A stretch of 63,353 bases of DNA, filler included, from Folioceros fuciformis (Eukaryota): assembly GCA_049999805.1 (NCBI GenBank). It is 16 parts of 16 records of this genome, joined end to end, with 100 filler letters (N's around TTAATTAATTAA, not from the genome) between each part and the next. Parts side by side here need not be neighbours in the genome. Positions count along the whole stretch, not along the records: positions 29,396 to 42,081 come from JBNGIO010006640.1; positions 42,182 to 48,636 come from JBNGIO010006641.1; 14 more parts are not named here. One strand, written 5' to 3'. Position numbers and translations under genes: made by a program. Below are positions 37,194-47,504 of this stretch, one piece after another. Below the pieces are notes generated by a model. That model saw only the letters and a program-made list of their open reading frames with translations. It did not search any database and had not been told where the DNA came from. How positions within the stretch are numbered: the stretch's first letter is position 1; each line of letters starts with the position of its first letter.

Positions 37194-39803
37194 TTACAGT
37201 CGACCCTTACAACTGCAAGACCCAGCTGCGAATCGATGTACACGGTACCCGTCCCTCACAACAAAGTCCCTCTGTTCAAGCCTTGACATGATCTCCGTGG
37301 AACTGTGGCAGTCACTACACATGCGTAGATTTTTCGTTACCACCAGGGGTGTCCCACTCGGAGTGTTCAGGAGACCAAATGCCAGAGCTAGCTTCTCAGC
37401 ATGACCACAAAGCACGTCTTCCTTTCCCTGTTCACACAGTGGCTTCAACACCAATTTTGTGTCGGGCACGTGGCCTCCTTCCTCCTTCAGACGTGCATTC
37501 GTGCTCTGTACCTTGAGGGCAATATCCTGTCCCCTTTCTCCCACAAGAAATCTATGCACCTGGTTGTTCACCTCAATAGTAGCCACTGCAGGTTTCTTGG
37601 TAGCTCCTGATACCGTTCTCCGTCTTTCAATTCTGTCTACATCGGTCCACCTACCGGCATCTGCGTAGGCATTGGCCATGAGCACATACGCAGACGCTCT
37701 TTGAGCGTCCAGCCTAACAATGCTTTCAAAACACCACAACGCCCTCTGTATATCCCCGTGATTTTTGCAGGCATTCAACAAAGACATCAACCCCACAACA
37801 TTATTTTGGCTCTCGCACGACAACAGAATCTTCTCCGCCTCCTTCAAATGACCTGCGCGCCCAAGAAGATCAATCATGCAATTGTGATGCTCAATAGTAG
37901 GTTTTATGCCATGCTGATCAGCCATGGAACCAAAGTGCTTGCGACCCTCAATGACCAATCCCTGATGACTGCATGCTGCTAGAAGGCAAGTAAAAGTAGC
38001 ATCATCAGGCCGAATACCGGCAACTAACATCTCCTCGAAACAAGCTAGTGCTCTCTGACCATCATCACAACTACCATACCCAGATATCAGAGCATTCCAT
38101 GTCACAACATCCTTTTTGGCCAAGCTATCAAAAACACGTAGTGCATCTTCCAGTTGACCACATTTTGCATACATGTCCACCAGGCAGTTGCCCAAGACTA
38201 CGTTATCCAGCAGTCCTCTTTCTACAATTTGTGCGTGCAGCTGCCTGCCCTTCTGTAAGGCACCAGTGCTTGCACAAGCTTTCAGAAGGCAAGCAAAAGT
38301 AACATCGTCAGCCAAAATGAGGCCCTCCTCCTGCATTCGTGCATAGACAACAAGCGCCTCTTGGCCGAGTCCTTGCTGTGCATACCCAGCAATCAGCGCT
38401 GTCCATGTCACGACATTCTTTGTCGCCATGCCGTCAAAAACCTGACGAGCATCTTCCAGTTCCCCACATTTTGAATACATGTCCACCAGGCAGGTGCCCA
38501 TCAGTGTATCATTCAGCAGTCCTCGTTCGACGATCTGTGAGTGCAGCTTCCTGCCCTTCTGCACAGCACCCGTGCTTGCACAGACTTTTAGAAGGCAAGC
38601 AAAAGTCACATGGTTAGCAAGAACCAGGGTCTCCTGCTCCATTTGTCCATACATAGCAAGTGCTTCTCGGCTGAGCCCTTGCTGCGCATACCCAGCAATC
38701 AGGGTCGTCCATGTCACCACATCCTTTGTAGCCATGCTGTCAAAAACCTGGCGTGCGTCTTGCAGATCACCACATTTTGCATACATGTCCACTAGGCAGG
38801 TGCCTACAATCAAGCCAGTAGGGATGCCACTGCGCAATACATCACAGTGCACTTTTCTGCCAGATTCCAAGTCGCCGGCAAATGCACATGCTTGAAGGGC
38901 AGCCACAAAAACGTGAGCATCCGCTTTCACTCCTGATCTACGCATCTCATGGTACAGCTGTATGGCCTCATTAGGCTTGCCATGCTTAGCATGTGCCGAA
39001 ATTATGGAAAACCACATAAAGGCATTTGGTTTGCCCACCTTGGTGAACACATCTAGGGCCTCCTCCACCCTACCTCCACTCGCATACATGCGCAATATAT
39101 GGTTCCCCAGAAATGCATTCGACTCGTGCCCAAGTCTGATAGTGAGATCATGTACTCGTCGCCCCAAACCCAAATTCTTCTTCGCTGTACACAATTTCAG
39201 CACAGTGTAAAACAGAGACGGAGAAATAGCAGAGGCTGTCTGCGCCAGGGATTCCAGGGCTCCCACGGCCTCGGAAAGCTGCCCCTGCTTGCACAACGTG
39301 CTCACAGTTCCAGCCGTCACGACGCCCATTTTCAATCCTGCCCGCCTGTCAGGTACATTCTTAAGCGGAAAGCAGCTCAGCGTTGAAGAGGAGGCACCAT
39401 GACCCGTCTGCATGTCCAAGGAATCGAGCTGCTCATCAACACAGGCCGGTTTGGACCTGTTGTTTAACCACAGGACCTCGCCAGACCCCTTACGCCGGAA
39501 GTCAGGCGAACCGGAGCGGTTTTCATCTCGCCTGCTATCGCACCACATGGTACGATCCGGAAAAAATTGCTGCCACAAGTGCTCCTGCTCCTGGCGACTA
39601 CCATCGCTGGAAAGCCTATGTCCTCCCACAAATTTGCTCGGAAGTGGAAGTGCTGGGCTCCCTACACTCCCGCACCTGGAGGATTGGTTATTGTTCAGAG
39701 GTTGATTCCCTTTGGTGAGATGAACGGGAGCTTCTCGTAGAATCCCTGTACATACGCCAATTTCTTGGATCCACAGCGGGTCACGTTGGCATACCGCGGA
39801 CAT
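37194..39803 (-). CDS. PLS-PPR protein with DYW:KP (GRP-like, ends GRL) deaminase domain and N-terminal PDF-like motif; candidate U-to-C editing factor
   Basis: PLS repeats, KKPAVATIEV, HAEKLA, KNLRMCSDCH, C-terminus SCSCKGRL*; N-terminal LWQQFF..WCDSR..SPDFRRK..LWL. Confidence 0.94.
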   Translation of the reverse strand: MSAVCQRDPLWIQEIGVCTGILREAPVHLTKGNQPLNNNQSSRCGSVGSPALPLPSKFVGGHRLSSDGSRQEQEHLWQQFFPDRTMWCDSRRDENRSGSPDFRRKGSGEVLWLNNRSKPACVDEQLDSLDMQTGHGASSSTLSCFPLKNVPDRRAGLKMGVVTAGTVSTLCKQGQLSEAVGALESLAQTASAISPSLFYTVLKLCTAKKNLGLGRRVHDLTIRLGHESNAFLGNHILRMYASGGRVEEALDVFTKVGKPNAFMWFSIISAHAKHGKPNEAIQLYHEMRRSGVKADAHVFVAALQACAFAGDLESGRKVHCDVLRSGIPTGLIVGTCLVDMYAKCGDLQDARQVFDSMATKDVVTWTTLIAGYAQQGLSREALAMYGQMEQETLVLANHVTFACLLKVCASTGAVQKGRKLHSQIVERGLLNDTLMGTCLVDMYSKCGELEDARQVFDGMATKNVVTWTALIAGYAQQGLGQEALVVYARMQEEGLILADDVTFACLLKACASTGALQKGRQLHAQIVERGLLDNVVLGNCLVDMYAKCGQLEDALRVFDSLAKKDVVTWNALISGYGSCDDGQRALACFEEMLVAGIRPDDATFTCLLAACSHQGLVIEGRKHFGSMADQHGIKPTIEHHNCMIDLLGRAGHLKEAEKILLSCESQNNVVGLMSLLNACKNHGDIQRALWCFESIVRLDAQRASAYVLMANAYADAGRWTDVDRIERRRTVSGATKKPAVATIEVNNQVHRFLVGERGQDIALKVQSTNARLKEEGGHVPDTKLVLKPLCEQGKEDVLCGHAEKLALAFGLLNTPSGTPLVVTKNLRMCSDCHSSTEIMSRLEQRDFVVRDGYRVHRFAAGSCSCKGRL

Positions 39804-40224
39804 CCTTCAAGCACCGCAGTCCGGAGTTCACTCGCCCAGTAGCAGCACATGCACTATGACATGATGCCCAGGTACTGTGTGTGAGCATTCTAGAGACCGG
39901 CAACTGAGTTCATCGTCGGTAAGGCACCTAGGTAAAACGAGAACGGTTTCAAAGTTTCGGATACACGCAGCAGCCCGAATGTCAAGTAGGCTTATTCAAG
40001 GCCTGTCCTGACTAGATCAGTCCTATACAGTTTGCTCGTCGCACAAGGGAGAGGTTCATTCGCTTCTGAACTCCAAGCCTGCCTATTATGATGAAGGGAA
40101 ACCTGTTGGCCATCCACGTCCATGTCTCAGTTTGGGAAGGGATGAACCTAGAAATGTTCACCCACAAGAGAGCAAGCAATTTTCTCTGGCATACACAGTG
40201 GCAAACGCCTGTACTTCATTACTA

Positions 40225-42081
40225 TCACGGTCGACCCTTACAACTGCAGGATCCAGCAGCGAATCGATGCACACGGTACCCATCCCTAACAACAATGTCT
40301 CTTTGTTCGAGCCTTGACATAATCTCTGTGGAACTGTGGCAGTCATTGCACATGCGTAGATTTTTGGTGACCACTAAAGGTGACCCACTGGGAGTGTTCA
40401 AGAGACCAAACGCCAGGGCTAGCTTCTCAGCATGCCCACACAGCAACTCCTCCTTCTCCTGCTCACACAGTGACTTCAACACCAAATTTGTTTGAGGTAC
40501 GTGGCCTCCTTCATGCTTCACTCGTGCATTTGTACTCTCTACCTTGAGCGCGATATCCTCTCTCCTTTCTCCAACCAGGAATCGATGTACCTGCTTGTTC
40601 ACCTCAATGGTTGCCACTGCAGGCTTCTTGTTCGCTCCTGCTACCATTCTCTGTCTTTCAATCCTGTCCACATCGGTCCACTTACCTGCATCTGCGTAAG
40701 CATTGGCCATGAGCACATACGCAGACGCCCTTTCAGGATCAAGGCTCACAATACTTTCAAAACACCGCGCCGCCCTCTCTACATCCCCGTGACTTTTGGA
40801 CGCGTTCAACAAAGACGTCAACCCCACAACATTACTTTGACCATCGGACCACAAGAGCATCTTTTCTGCCTCATCTAAATGGCCTGCACGTCCAAGAAGA
40901 TCAACCATGCAATTGTGATGCTCGACAGTAGGTTTAATGCCATACTGTTCAGCCATGGAATCAAAGTGCTTGCGACCCTCATTGACCAGTCCCTGATGAC
41001 TGCATGCAGCCAGAAGGCAGGTAAATGTAGCAACATCAGGCTGAACACCAGCAACTAGCATTTCCTCGAAACAAGCTAGTGCTTTGTGACCGTCATCACA
41101 ACTACCATACCCAGATATCAGGGCATTCCATGTTACCACATTCTTCGTGGCCAGGCTGTCAAACACCCAGCGTGCATATTCCAAGTCACCACATTTCGCA
41201 TACATGTCCACCAGGCAGTTGCCCAACACAACTTTATGGAGCAATCCTCTCTCAACAATCTGTGCGTGCAGCTGCCTGCCCTTCTGTAGAGCACCAGTGC
41301 TTGAACAGGCCTTCAGAAGGCAAGCGAAAGTAACATCGTCAGCCAAAACGAGGCCCTCCTGCTCCATTTGTTCATACACAACAAGTGCCTCATGGCCAAG
41401 TGCCTGCTGTGCATACCCAGCTATCAGCGCTGTCCACGTTACAACATTTTTTGTGGGCATATTGTCAAAAGCCTGGCGTGCATCTGCAGGCTCACCACAT
41501 TTAGCATACATGTCCACCAGGCAGGTGCCCACCTGTATGTCATCAAGCAGTCCTCTTTCAACAATCTGTGAGTGCAGCTGCCTGCCCTTCTGTAAGGCGC
41601 CAGTGGTCGCACAGGCCTTCAAGAGGCAAGCAAAAGTAACATTGTCGGCCACCAGCAGGCCCTCCTCCTCCATTTGTGCATAAACAACAAGTGCTTCTTT
41701 GCCAAGCCCTTGCTGTGCATACACAGCAATCAGCGCCGTCCATGTCACTACATTCTTTGTGGTCAAGCTGTCAAAAATCCGTCGCGCATCTTCCAGTTCA
41801 CCACATTTTGCATACATATGAGTCAGGCAATTGCCCAGCGCTACGTCATTCAGCAATCCTCTTTCAGCCATCTGTGAGTGCAACTCCCTGCCCTCCTGTA
41901 AAGCCCCAGTGCTTGCACAAGCCTTCAGAAGGCAAGCAAAAGTAACATCATCGGCCAAAATGAGGCCCTCCTCCTCCATTTGTCCATACAGGACAAGCGC
42001 CTCGTGACCAAGTCCTGCATGCGAATACCCAGCAATTAGTGCCGTCCATGTCACCACATCCTTCGTGGCCAAGCTTTCAAA
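40225..42081 (-). CDS. PLS-PPR protein with DYW:KP GRP-type domain, 5'-truncated by contig end
   Basis: KKPAVATIEV, HAEKLA, CNDCH, ends SCSCKGRP*; close paralog of 37194-39803. Confidence 0.95.
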   Translation of the reverse strand, partial: FESLATKDVVTWTALIAGYSHAGLGHEALVLYGQMEEEGLILADDVTFACLLKACASTGALQEGRELHSQMAERGLLNDVALGNCLTHMYAKCGELEDARRIFDSLTTKNVVTWTALIAVYAQQGLGKEALVVYAQMEEEGLLVADNVTFACLLKACATTGALQKGRQLHSQIVERGLLDDIQVGTCLVDMYAKCGEPADARQAFDNMPTKNVVTWTALIAGYAQQALGHEALVVYEQMEQEGLVLADDVTFACLLKACSSTGALQKGRQLHAQIVERGLLHKVVLGNCLVDMYAKCGDLEYARWVFDSLATKNVVTWNALISGYGSCDDGHKALACFEEMLVAGVQPDVATFTCLLAACSHQGLVNEGRKHFDSMAEQYGIKPTVEHHNCMVDLLGRAGHLDEAEKMLLWSDGQSNVVGLTSLLNASKSHGDVERAARCFESIVSLDPERASAYVLMANAYADAGKWTDVDRIERQRMVAGANKKPAVATIEVNKQVHRFLVGERREDIALKVESTNARVKHEGGHVPQTNLVLKSLCEQEKEELLCGHAEKLALAFGLLNTPSGSPLVVTKNLRMCNDCHSSTEIMSRLEQRDIVVRDGYRVHRFAAGSCSCKGRP

Positions 42082-42228
42082 NNNNNNNNNNNNNNNNNNN
42101 NNNNNNNNNNNNNNNNNNNNNNNNNTTAATTAATTAANNNNNNNNNNNNNNNNNNNNNNNNNNNNNNNNNNNNNNNNNNNNATCAGAGTAACCCTAGTGG
42201 CGTGGTTACAGACTTTTCAGTCTTAACA

Positions 42229-42240
42229 CACCCCCTTAAC
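42229..42240 (-). promoter_or_regulatory. Polypurine tract (PPT) of Copia
   Basis: Minus strand GTTAAGGGGGTG immediately before TGTTAAGA (3' LTR start). Confidence 0.85.
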
Positions 42241-42572
42241 CACGACACGGTCAGAACTCCAGCAACAATGATCAGCACAGCAGGGCATCTGGCGATCTCA
42301 AGCTGTGCACTTGCCATCGCATTGTTCTTGCTCGCCAATCACATACAGAAGAGACTGCGGAAAGAAGCGCGCAAGGCACAAGCACGAAAATACAAGAGAA
42401 AACTGGAAGCAAGAAGGCTGATCGCCCTAGCAGGATGGGACATTGAGCTGGTGGAGAGATTAGCAGCAGGAGCGCGAATCCCATTGCCAGAATAACAGCA
42501 GGCCATGCGACTGGATGCAGGCGTGAAGGCTTCATCCGCAAAGACCTGGTGCGCTCCCCAGCAGATTTCATG

Positions 42573-45500
42573 TCAACTGGATGGGAGATACTCAAGGGAA
42601 TCGGTAATCCCCATCTCTTCAAGAAAGAACATATGCTTAGCCTTAGAAAGAGCCTTGGTAAGCAAGTCGGCTAGGTTTAGATCTGTTGGGATGTATTCAA
42701 TCTTCACAATCTTGCGCTCAACTGAATGTCGCACAAAATGGTGCTGGATTCCGATATGTTTCGTCCGGGCATGGAAACGAGGGTTGCCGACTAACGCTAT
42801 TGTCGATTGGTTGTCACAATACACGCGGGTTGGTTGAGCCTGTGGAAACTGAAGATCTGCAAGGAAACTGCGGGCCCATACTGCCTCCTTCGCTGAATCA
42901 GTCAAGGCCTTGTATTCAGCCTCGGTGGAGGAAAGGGCTATAGTGACTTGCTTTTTCGTACTCCAGGTGACCACAGCACCACATAAAGTGAAACAGTAAG
43001 CTGAAAGGCTGCGACGAGTCTCTGGATCGGAAGCCCAGTCGGCATCAGCGAAGCCTTGAAGAACAAAGTCAGACTCTGGAGAAGTACCTCGGTAACAAAC
43101 TCCATATGTTGACGTGCCCTTCAAATACCGCAGAATGCGTTTAACAGCACCCCAATGCTCTTTGCCAGGTTTTTCGAGGAACTGCGAAACACAGCTGACG
43201 GCATGCTGGATGTCGGGACGGGTCCAGCAAGCTATATAATTAAGACAGCCAACGGCATGGCGGTAAGGAACTTCTGCCATGTCCTGGAATTCAGCATCTG
43301 TCTGTGGAGAGTGTGCAGAAGTAAGCCTTGCACCAACTACTCCCGGGGTACTAACGGGTTTTGCTTGATCAAGATGGAAACGTCGCAGGGTTTCATTTAT
43401 ATACTTTGTCTGGTGCAGAATAAGAGTCTTCTGAGCACGATCCCTTAGGAGCTGAACTCCAAGCACAAAAGTAAGAGCTCCGATGTCTTTCATCTCGTAT
43501 TGTTTGTGAAGCATCTGCTTAATCCAATCCATGAGCTCTCGGCTATCTGATGCTAGAATGGCATCATCAACATAGAGAGCTAGAATAACAATGTGTCCGT
43601 GCCTAATGTGGATGTAGACGTTGGAATCAGCAGAGCTCTGTGTGAAACCTATCGATTTGAGGTAAGCATCGATAGTTTTATACCATTCCCTTGCACTTTG
43701 TTTAAGCCCGTATATCGTTTTCTTAAGCTTGCAAACCCAAGTTGGATGCTGAGGATCTACGAAGCCCTCCGGCTGTTCCATAAAAATATCTTCTTCCAGC
43801 TCCCCATAAAGGAAAGCCGTTGATACGTCCATCTGTTCTAGATCCCAGTCACGAGCAGCTGCTAAAGCTAGAATCATCCTGATGGATTGAGTTTTGACCA
43901 CAGGGCTAAAGGTATCTGTGTAGTCTACACCAGCCACTTGGGAAAACCCTCGAGCAACGAGTCTGGACTTGTATCTTGCAATATGTCCTTGAGCATTCAG
44001 TTTATGCTTAAATACCCACTTGCAACTGACGGCCTTACGGCCAGCAGGTAAAGGGCACAGCTCCCAAGTTCCATTTTTAACAAGTGAATTGTATTCATCT
44101 TGTATAGAGGGAAGCCACTTATCTTTGTCGCGACCGGTAATGGCCTCCTTATAGGATCTGGGCTCAGGAGGATGCTCCAAGGAAGAGGAGAAAACGGCAG
44201 GTAAACTCGTGACCAACCTGGTAGATCTAGTGTTCCGAAAATCAATAGCTTCGTATGGTCTTTCCTGCCACTGAGATCTAGGGTTCCGTGTCCTGCTAGG
44301 ATACCTAGGCTCGGCAGGGATGGGAATATCCGGAACAGGAGGATCTTGGTCATCATCTGAAGCAACAATATTCTCGTCCAGTGAATCAGTCAGAGGGGCT
44401 GGAGACACTACAGCAGTAGGTAAGTCTTCAGAGTGTGCTGCGAGAGGTTCATTCAAGTCATCATCAGACATAATCAAATCTGCAGGTGTGGAGGCATCCT
44501 CCTGTTGTTGATCAGGCAAAGGAGATGCCAGCGGAGAAGTAGGCTGCGGATTTTCAGATGATGGTAAGGGATCACCCCCTGAACCACTAGCAGGCATTCC
44601 CTCTGAAGAAGAAACCATATATAGGTCGTGAGGAAATTCGGAAACAGAAGTGTCAAAATCATCCGCAGTAAAGACGGGAGGAGGTACATCAGCAGGATGA
44701 GAAACAGCAGGTTGAGTAAGCTCCTTGAAAGTGACACTGCGGGCATAAATACATGACCGAGAAATAGGGTCATAAAGCTTGTAAGCCTTGGTCTCTTCAC
44801 CATAACCAACAAAAATATAGGGCAGTGCACGGGCATCTAACTTCTTGCGTTTTTCTGCAGGAACATAGGCATATGCAGGAGACCCAAAGACACGAAGATG
44901 GAGTATGCTGGGTCGACGCTGCCACATAACTTCGAACGGAGTACGCCCTGGTACAGAATCCGTAAGTAGACGATTCAAAATATATGTTGCTGTAACAACA
45001 GCCTCTGCCCAGTACGATTTGGGCAGGCCAGACCACTGAAGCATGCTGCGAGTCATGCCCAGCTGAGTTTGCTGACGACGTTCGGCTACACCGTTTTGTT
45101 GTTGGGTGTAGGGAACAGCAAGCTGGCGTAGGATGCCACGGTCTGCAAGAAACTGGTCAAAAGCTGGATTCACAAACTCGCCCCCGTTGTCAGAACGCAA
45201 GCAGCGAAGAAGCCGACCCGTCTGACGCTGAACCATGGGAAGCCACTCTTGAAATACCAGGAAGGTATCTGATTTCTTAGTAAGAGGATATGTCCAGCAG
45301 TATCTGCTATAGTCGTCAATCAAGGTGAGGTAGTAATTGGAGCCTCCCAAAGAAGGAACATGTATCTTGCCAGATATGTCCGTGTGCACAAGATCAAGGA
45401 CGTTAGAGGTCCTGTGAGCAACAGCAGTTGGAAAAGGTAACTCCTTTTGCTTGGCCAAAATACATGAGTCACAAAGGGGAAGTTCCTTGAAACATTTAGG

Positions 45501-47504
45501 CAGCGGCTCCCTATAGCAGTCCACAGTGGACATTTTTAGAAGTCTGTTTTTGTTTGCATGTCCTAAACGAGCATGCCAAAGTAGGGCTAACGAGGACTGT
45601 GTGTTGGCAGCCACAGAAACCCTGTGCGCAGGTTGACAACATATGTCCAGCTTATAAAGGTCATCGACCAAGATCCCTCGAGCTAGGGGAACGCCTTGTG
45701 CAGCATCTGTGTGCGTAAGCGTGCAACCAGATACCGAAAAGCTGAGATTAAATTTTCGAAGCTTCATAAGCTGGCTAACGGACAGGAGGTGCTTGGCCAT
45801 GGTAGGGACATATAAGACGTGATCAAGCTGAAGAGCGGTGCCATCCTTCAGTTGAAAGGTACAAGAGCCTTTGCCGTGAATCTTAAGGCCTGTCTGTGAA
45901 AGTTCATCTCCCAGAAGAACCTTCTCATTTGTTCTTGTAGGAATGAAATTAGTAAGCAGGTTCTTATTGTGGCAAATATGGGAAGTTGCTCCCGAATCCA
46001 GATACCACGAATCAGGTTCACAAACGGAAATGTGATGACACACAGTCATCACCACAGGCGGCTTGCTGGAGGAAGAAGACCTGTCTTTGGAAACTGAATG
46101 CGCCTCAACCACCTTCTGGGTCTTCTCGGCCTTTTTCGGTTCTCCATTTTTCTTCTTCTTGCATTCACGTTCCCAGTGCCCTGGGATGCCACACCAATTA
46201 CATGAGCCTGCCCGCTTGCCAGATACTGGTTTGGAAGCACCAACACCAGACGTGTGTTTTCCTTTCCCTTGAAATTTTTGTTTATTCAAGTAAAGGACCT
46301 TATCAACCTTTGTCTTTCCAGGTGAATGGTGGCCCCGACTTTGCTCTTCTTGGAGTAAGGCGCCAACCACTTCAGTGAATGAAATCTGGGGAGCCAATCC
46401 AAGAGCTGCAGCTTGCTGTGCAGCATTGAGAATGGCACCGTAGCTGGATACAAAGGATTGATAACTGGGAGGCAAGCTGCTTAGTAATTGTGCAACGGCA
46501 TTGACATCATCAAGTTGTGTCCCCAATGAAATCAGCTGGGAACGTAAGAGCCTGAACTTGGCAACAAAGGTACCAACTTTCTCACCCTCCTTCATGCGCA
46601 GGGAGAATAGCTCGGTTCGTACGTGGCACAGGGTATGAATGTTCCTCACATCATGTGTCTGTGCCAGTTGCTTCCAGATGTCCTCAGCCTTTAAGAGATA
46701 AGCAACATCGGGAACAAGCACTTCATCCAGCCCACTAATGAGCAAAGCACGAGCAACACTGTTTGCATTAACCCACCTGTCTCTATCATCCTGAGTAGCA
46801 GTGGGTTGAGGTTCAGGGTACTGTCCTGTCACAACGGACCAAACGTGTCGAGCTTCAAGTGCAGCTCGCATACGCACACTCCAGACAGGGTATTTAGTTC
46901 CATTAAACCTGTCACGTTCTTTGAACTCAATGGTATAGGCAGGCTGATAAACGTGCTGTGGTGTCGTTGGTGAACCAGGACCAGGAGATGTCGGTTGTAC
47001 AGGAGGAACAGGAGGAACGGGCGGTGGTGGATTAGAAGATGGTACAGGAGGAAATGTAGGTGGAGGTGGCACGGGCGGGACTTGTACATAGCCAGCTGGG
47101 CCACCATACGAACCATAATTTCCACTAAGACCTGTGTACCAATTTGGAATCCCGAAGCCTCCCGGTGCAGCATATAGACCAGCCAGAGGATTCGGAAACA
47201 ATCCACCGCTTCCGAGAGCAGGCGCACCAGGTATGTGCTGGGCGCTTTCCCCAGGCACATTAGAGACACCCCCTGCCGCAGGAACTCTGCCAGGAACGGT
47301 GGCTCCCCCTGTATTCCCTGTCCCGAATCTCCCGAGAGGAGTCTGAGTTCCGTGAGCTTGTGCAGCGACGCCTCCAGGATGGCCCGCAGTCGAAGCAGGA
47401 GAGCTTCCACCACCTCCCGTGCGCGTTGCGGGAGAGGCCAAGCCGTCTGCTTCTGCCGAGTCATCCTCGTCACCAGAACCAAACTGTATCCCCCTGGTAC
47501 TCAT
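42573..47504 (-). CDS. Copia Gag-Pol polyprotein (gag, Zn knuckle, protease, integrase, RT, RNase H), 1643 aa
   Basis: CNWCGIPGHWEREC, WYLDSGATSH, LWHARLGH, DDYSR, SDNGGEF, LVARGFSQ, LYVDD, FADADWA, SSTEAEY, RTKHI, ADLLTKAL. Confidence 0.97.
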   Translation of the reverse strand: MSTRGIQFGSGDEDDSAEADGLASPATRTGGGGSSPASTAGHPGGVAAQAHGTQTPLGRFGTGNTGGATVPGRVPAAGGVSNVPGESAQHIPGAPALGSGGLFPNPLAGLYAAPGGFGIPNWYTGLSGNYGSYGGPAGYVQVPPVPPPPTFPPVPSSNPPPPVPPVPPVQPTSPGPGSPTTPQHVYQPAYTIEFKERDRFNGTKYPVWSVRMRAALEARHVWSVVTGQYPEPQPTATQDDRDRWVNANSVARALLISGLDEVLVPDVAYLLKAEDIWKQLAQTHDVRNIHTLCHVRTELFSLRMKEGEKVGTFVAKFRLLRSQLISLGTQLDDVNAVAQLLSSLPPSYQSFVSSYGAILNAAQQAAALGLAPQISFTEVVGALLQEEQSRGHHSPGKTKVDKVLYLNKQKFQGKGKHTSGVGASKPVSGKRAGSCNWCGIPGHWERECKKKKNGEPKKAEKTQKVVEAHSVSKDRSSSSSKPPVVMTVCHHISVCEPDSWYLDSGATSHICHNKNLLTNFIPTRTNEKVLLGDELSQTGLKIHGKGSCTFQLKDGTALQLDHVLYVPTMAKHLLSVSQLMKLRKFNLSFSVSGCTLTHTDAAQGVPLARGILVDDLYKLDICCQPAHRVSVAANTQSSLALLWHARLGHANKNRLLKMSTVDCYREPLPKCFKELPLCDSCILAKQKELPFPTAVAHRTSNVLDLVHTDISGKIHVPSLGGSNYYLTLIDDYSRYCWTYPLTKKSDTFLVFQEWLPMVQRQTGRLLRCLRSDNGGEFVNPAFDQFLADRGILRQLAVPYTQQQNGVAERRQQTQLGMTRSMLQWSGLPKSYWAEAVVTATYILNRLLTDSVPGRTPFEVMWQRRPSILHLRVFGSPAYAYVPAEKRKKLDARALPYIFVGYGEETKAYKLYDPISRSCIYARSVTFKELTQPAVSHPADVPPPVFTADDFDTSVSEFPHDLYMVSSSEGMPASGSGGDPLPSSENPQPTSPLASPLPDQQQEDASTPADLIMSDDDLNEPLAAHSEDLPTAVVSPAPLTDSLDENIVASDDDQDPPVPDIPIPAEPRYPSRTRNPRSQWQERPYEAIDFRNTRSTRLVTSLPAVFSSSLEHPPEPRSYKEAITGRDKDKWLPSIQDEYNSLVKNGTWELCPLPAGRKAVSCKWVFKHKLNAQGHIARYKSRLVARGFSQVAGVDYTDTFSPVVKTQSIRMILALAAARDWDLEQMDVSTAFLYGELEEDIFMEQPEGFVDPQHPTWVCKLKKTIYGLKQSAREWYKTIDAYLKSIGFTQSSADSNVYIHIRHGHIVILALYVDDAILASDSRELMDWIKQMLHKQYEMKDIGALTFVLGVQLLRDRAQKTLILHQTKYINETLRRFHLDQAKPVSTPGVVGARLTSAHSPQTDAEFQDMAEVPYRHAVGCLNYIACWTRPDIQHAVSCVSQFLEKPGKEHWGAVKRILRYLKGTSTYGVCYRGTSPESDFVLQGFADADWASDPETRRSLSAYCFTLCGAVVTWSTKKQVTIALSSTEAEYKALTDSAKEAVWARSFLADLQFPQAQPTRVYCDNQSTIALVGNPRFHARTKHIGIQHHFVRHSVERKIVKIEYIPTDLNLADLLTKALSKAKHMFFLEEMGITDSLEYLPSS

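Noticed and set aside
31868-41945. Plus-strand ORFs overlapping the PPR genes
   Set aside because: Antisense shadows of repetitive PPR coding sequence.
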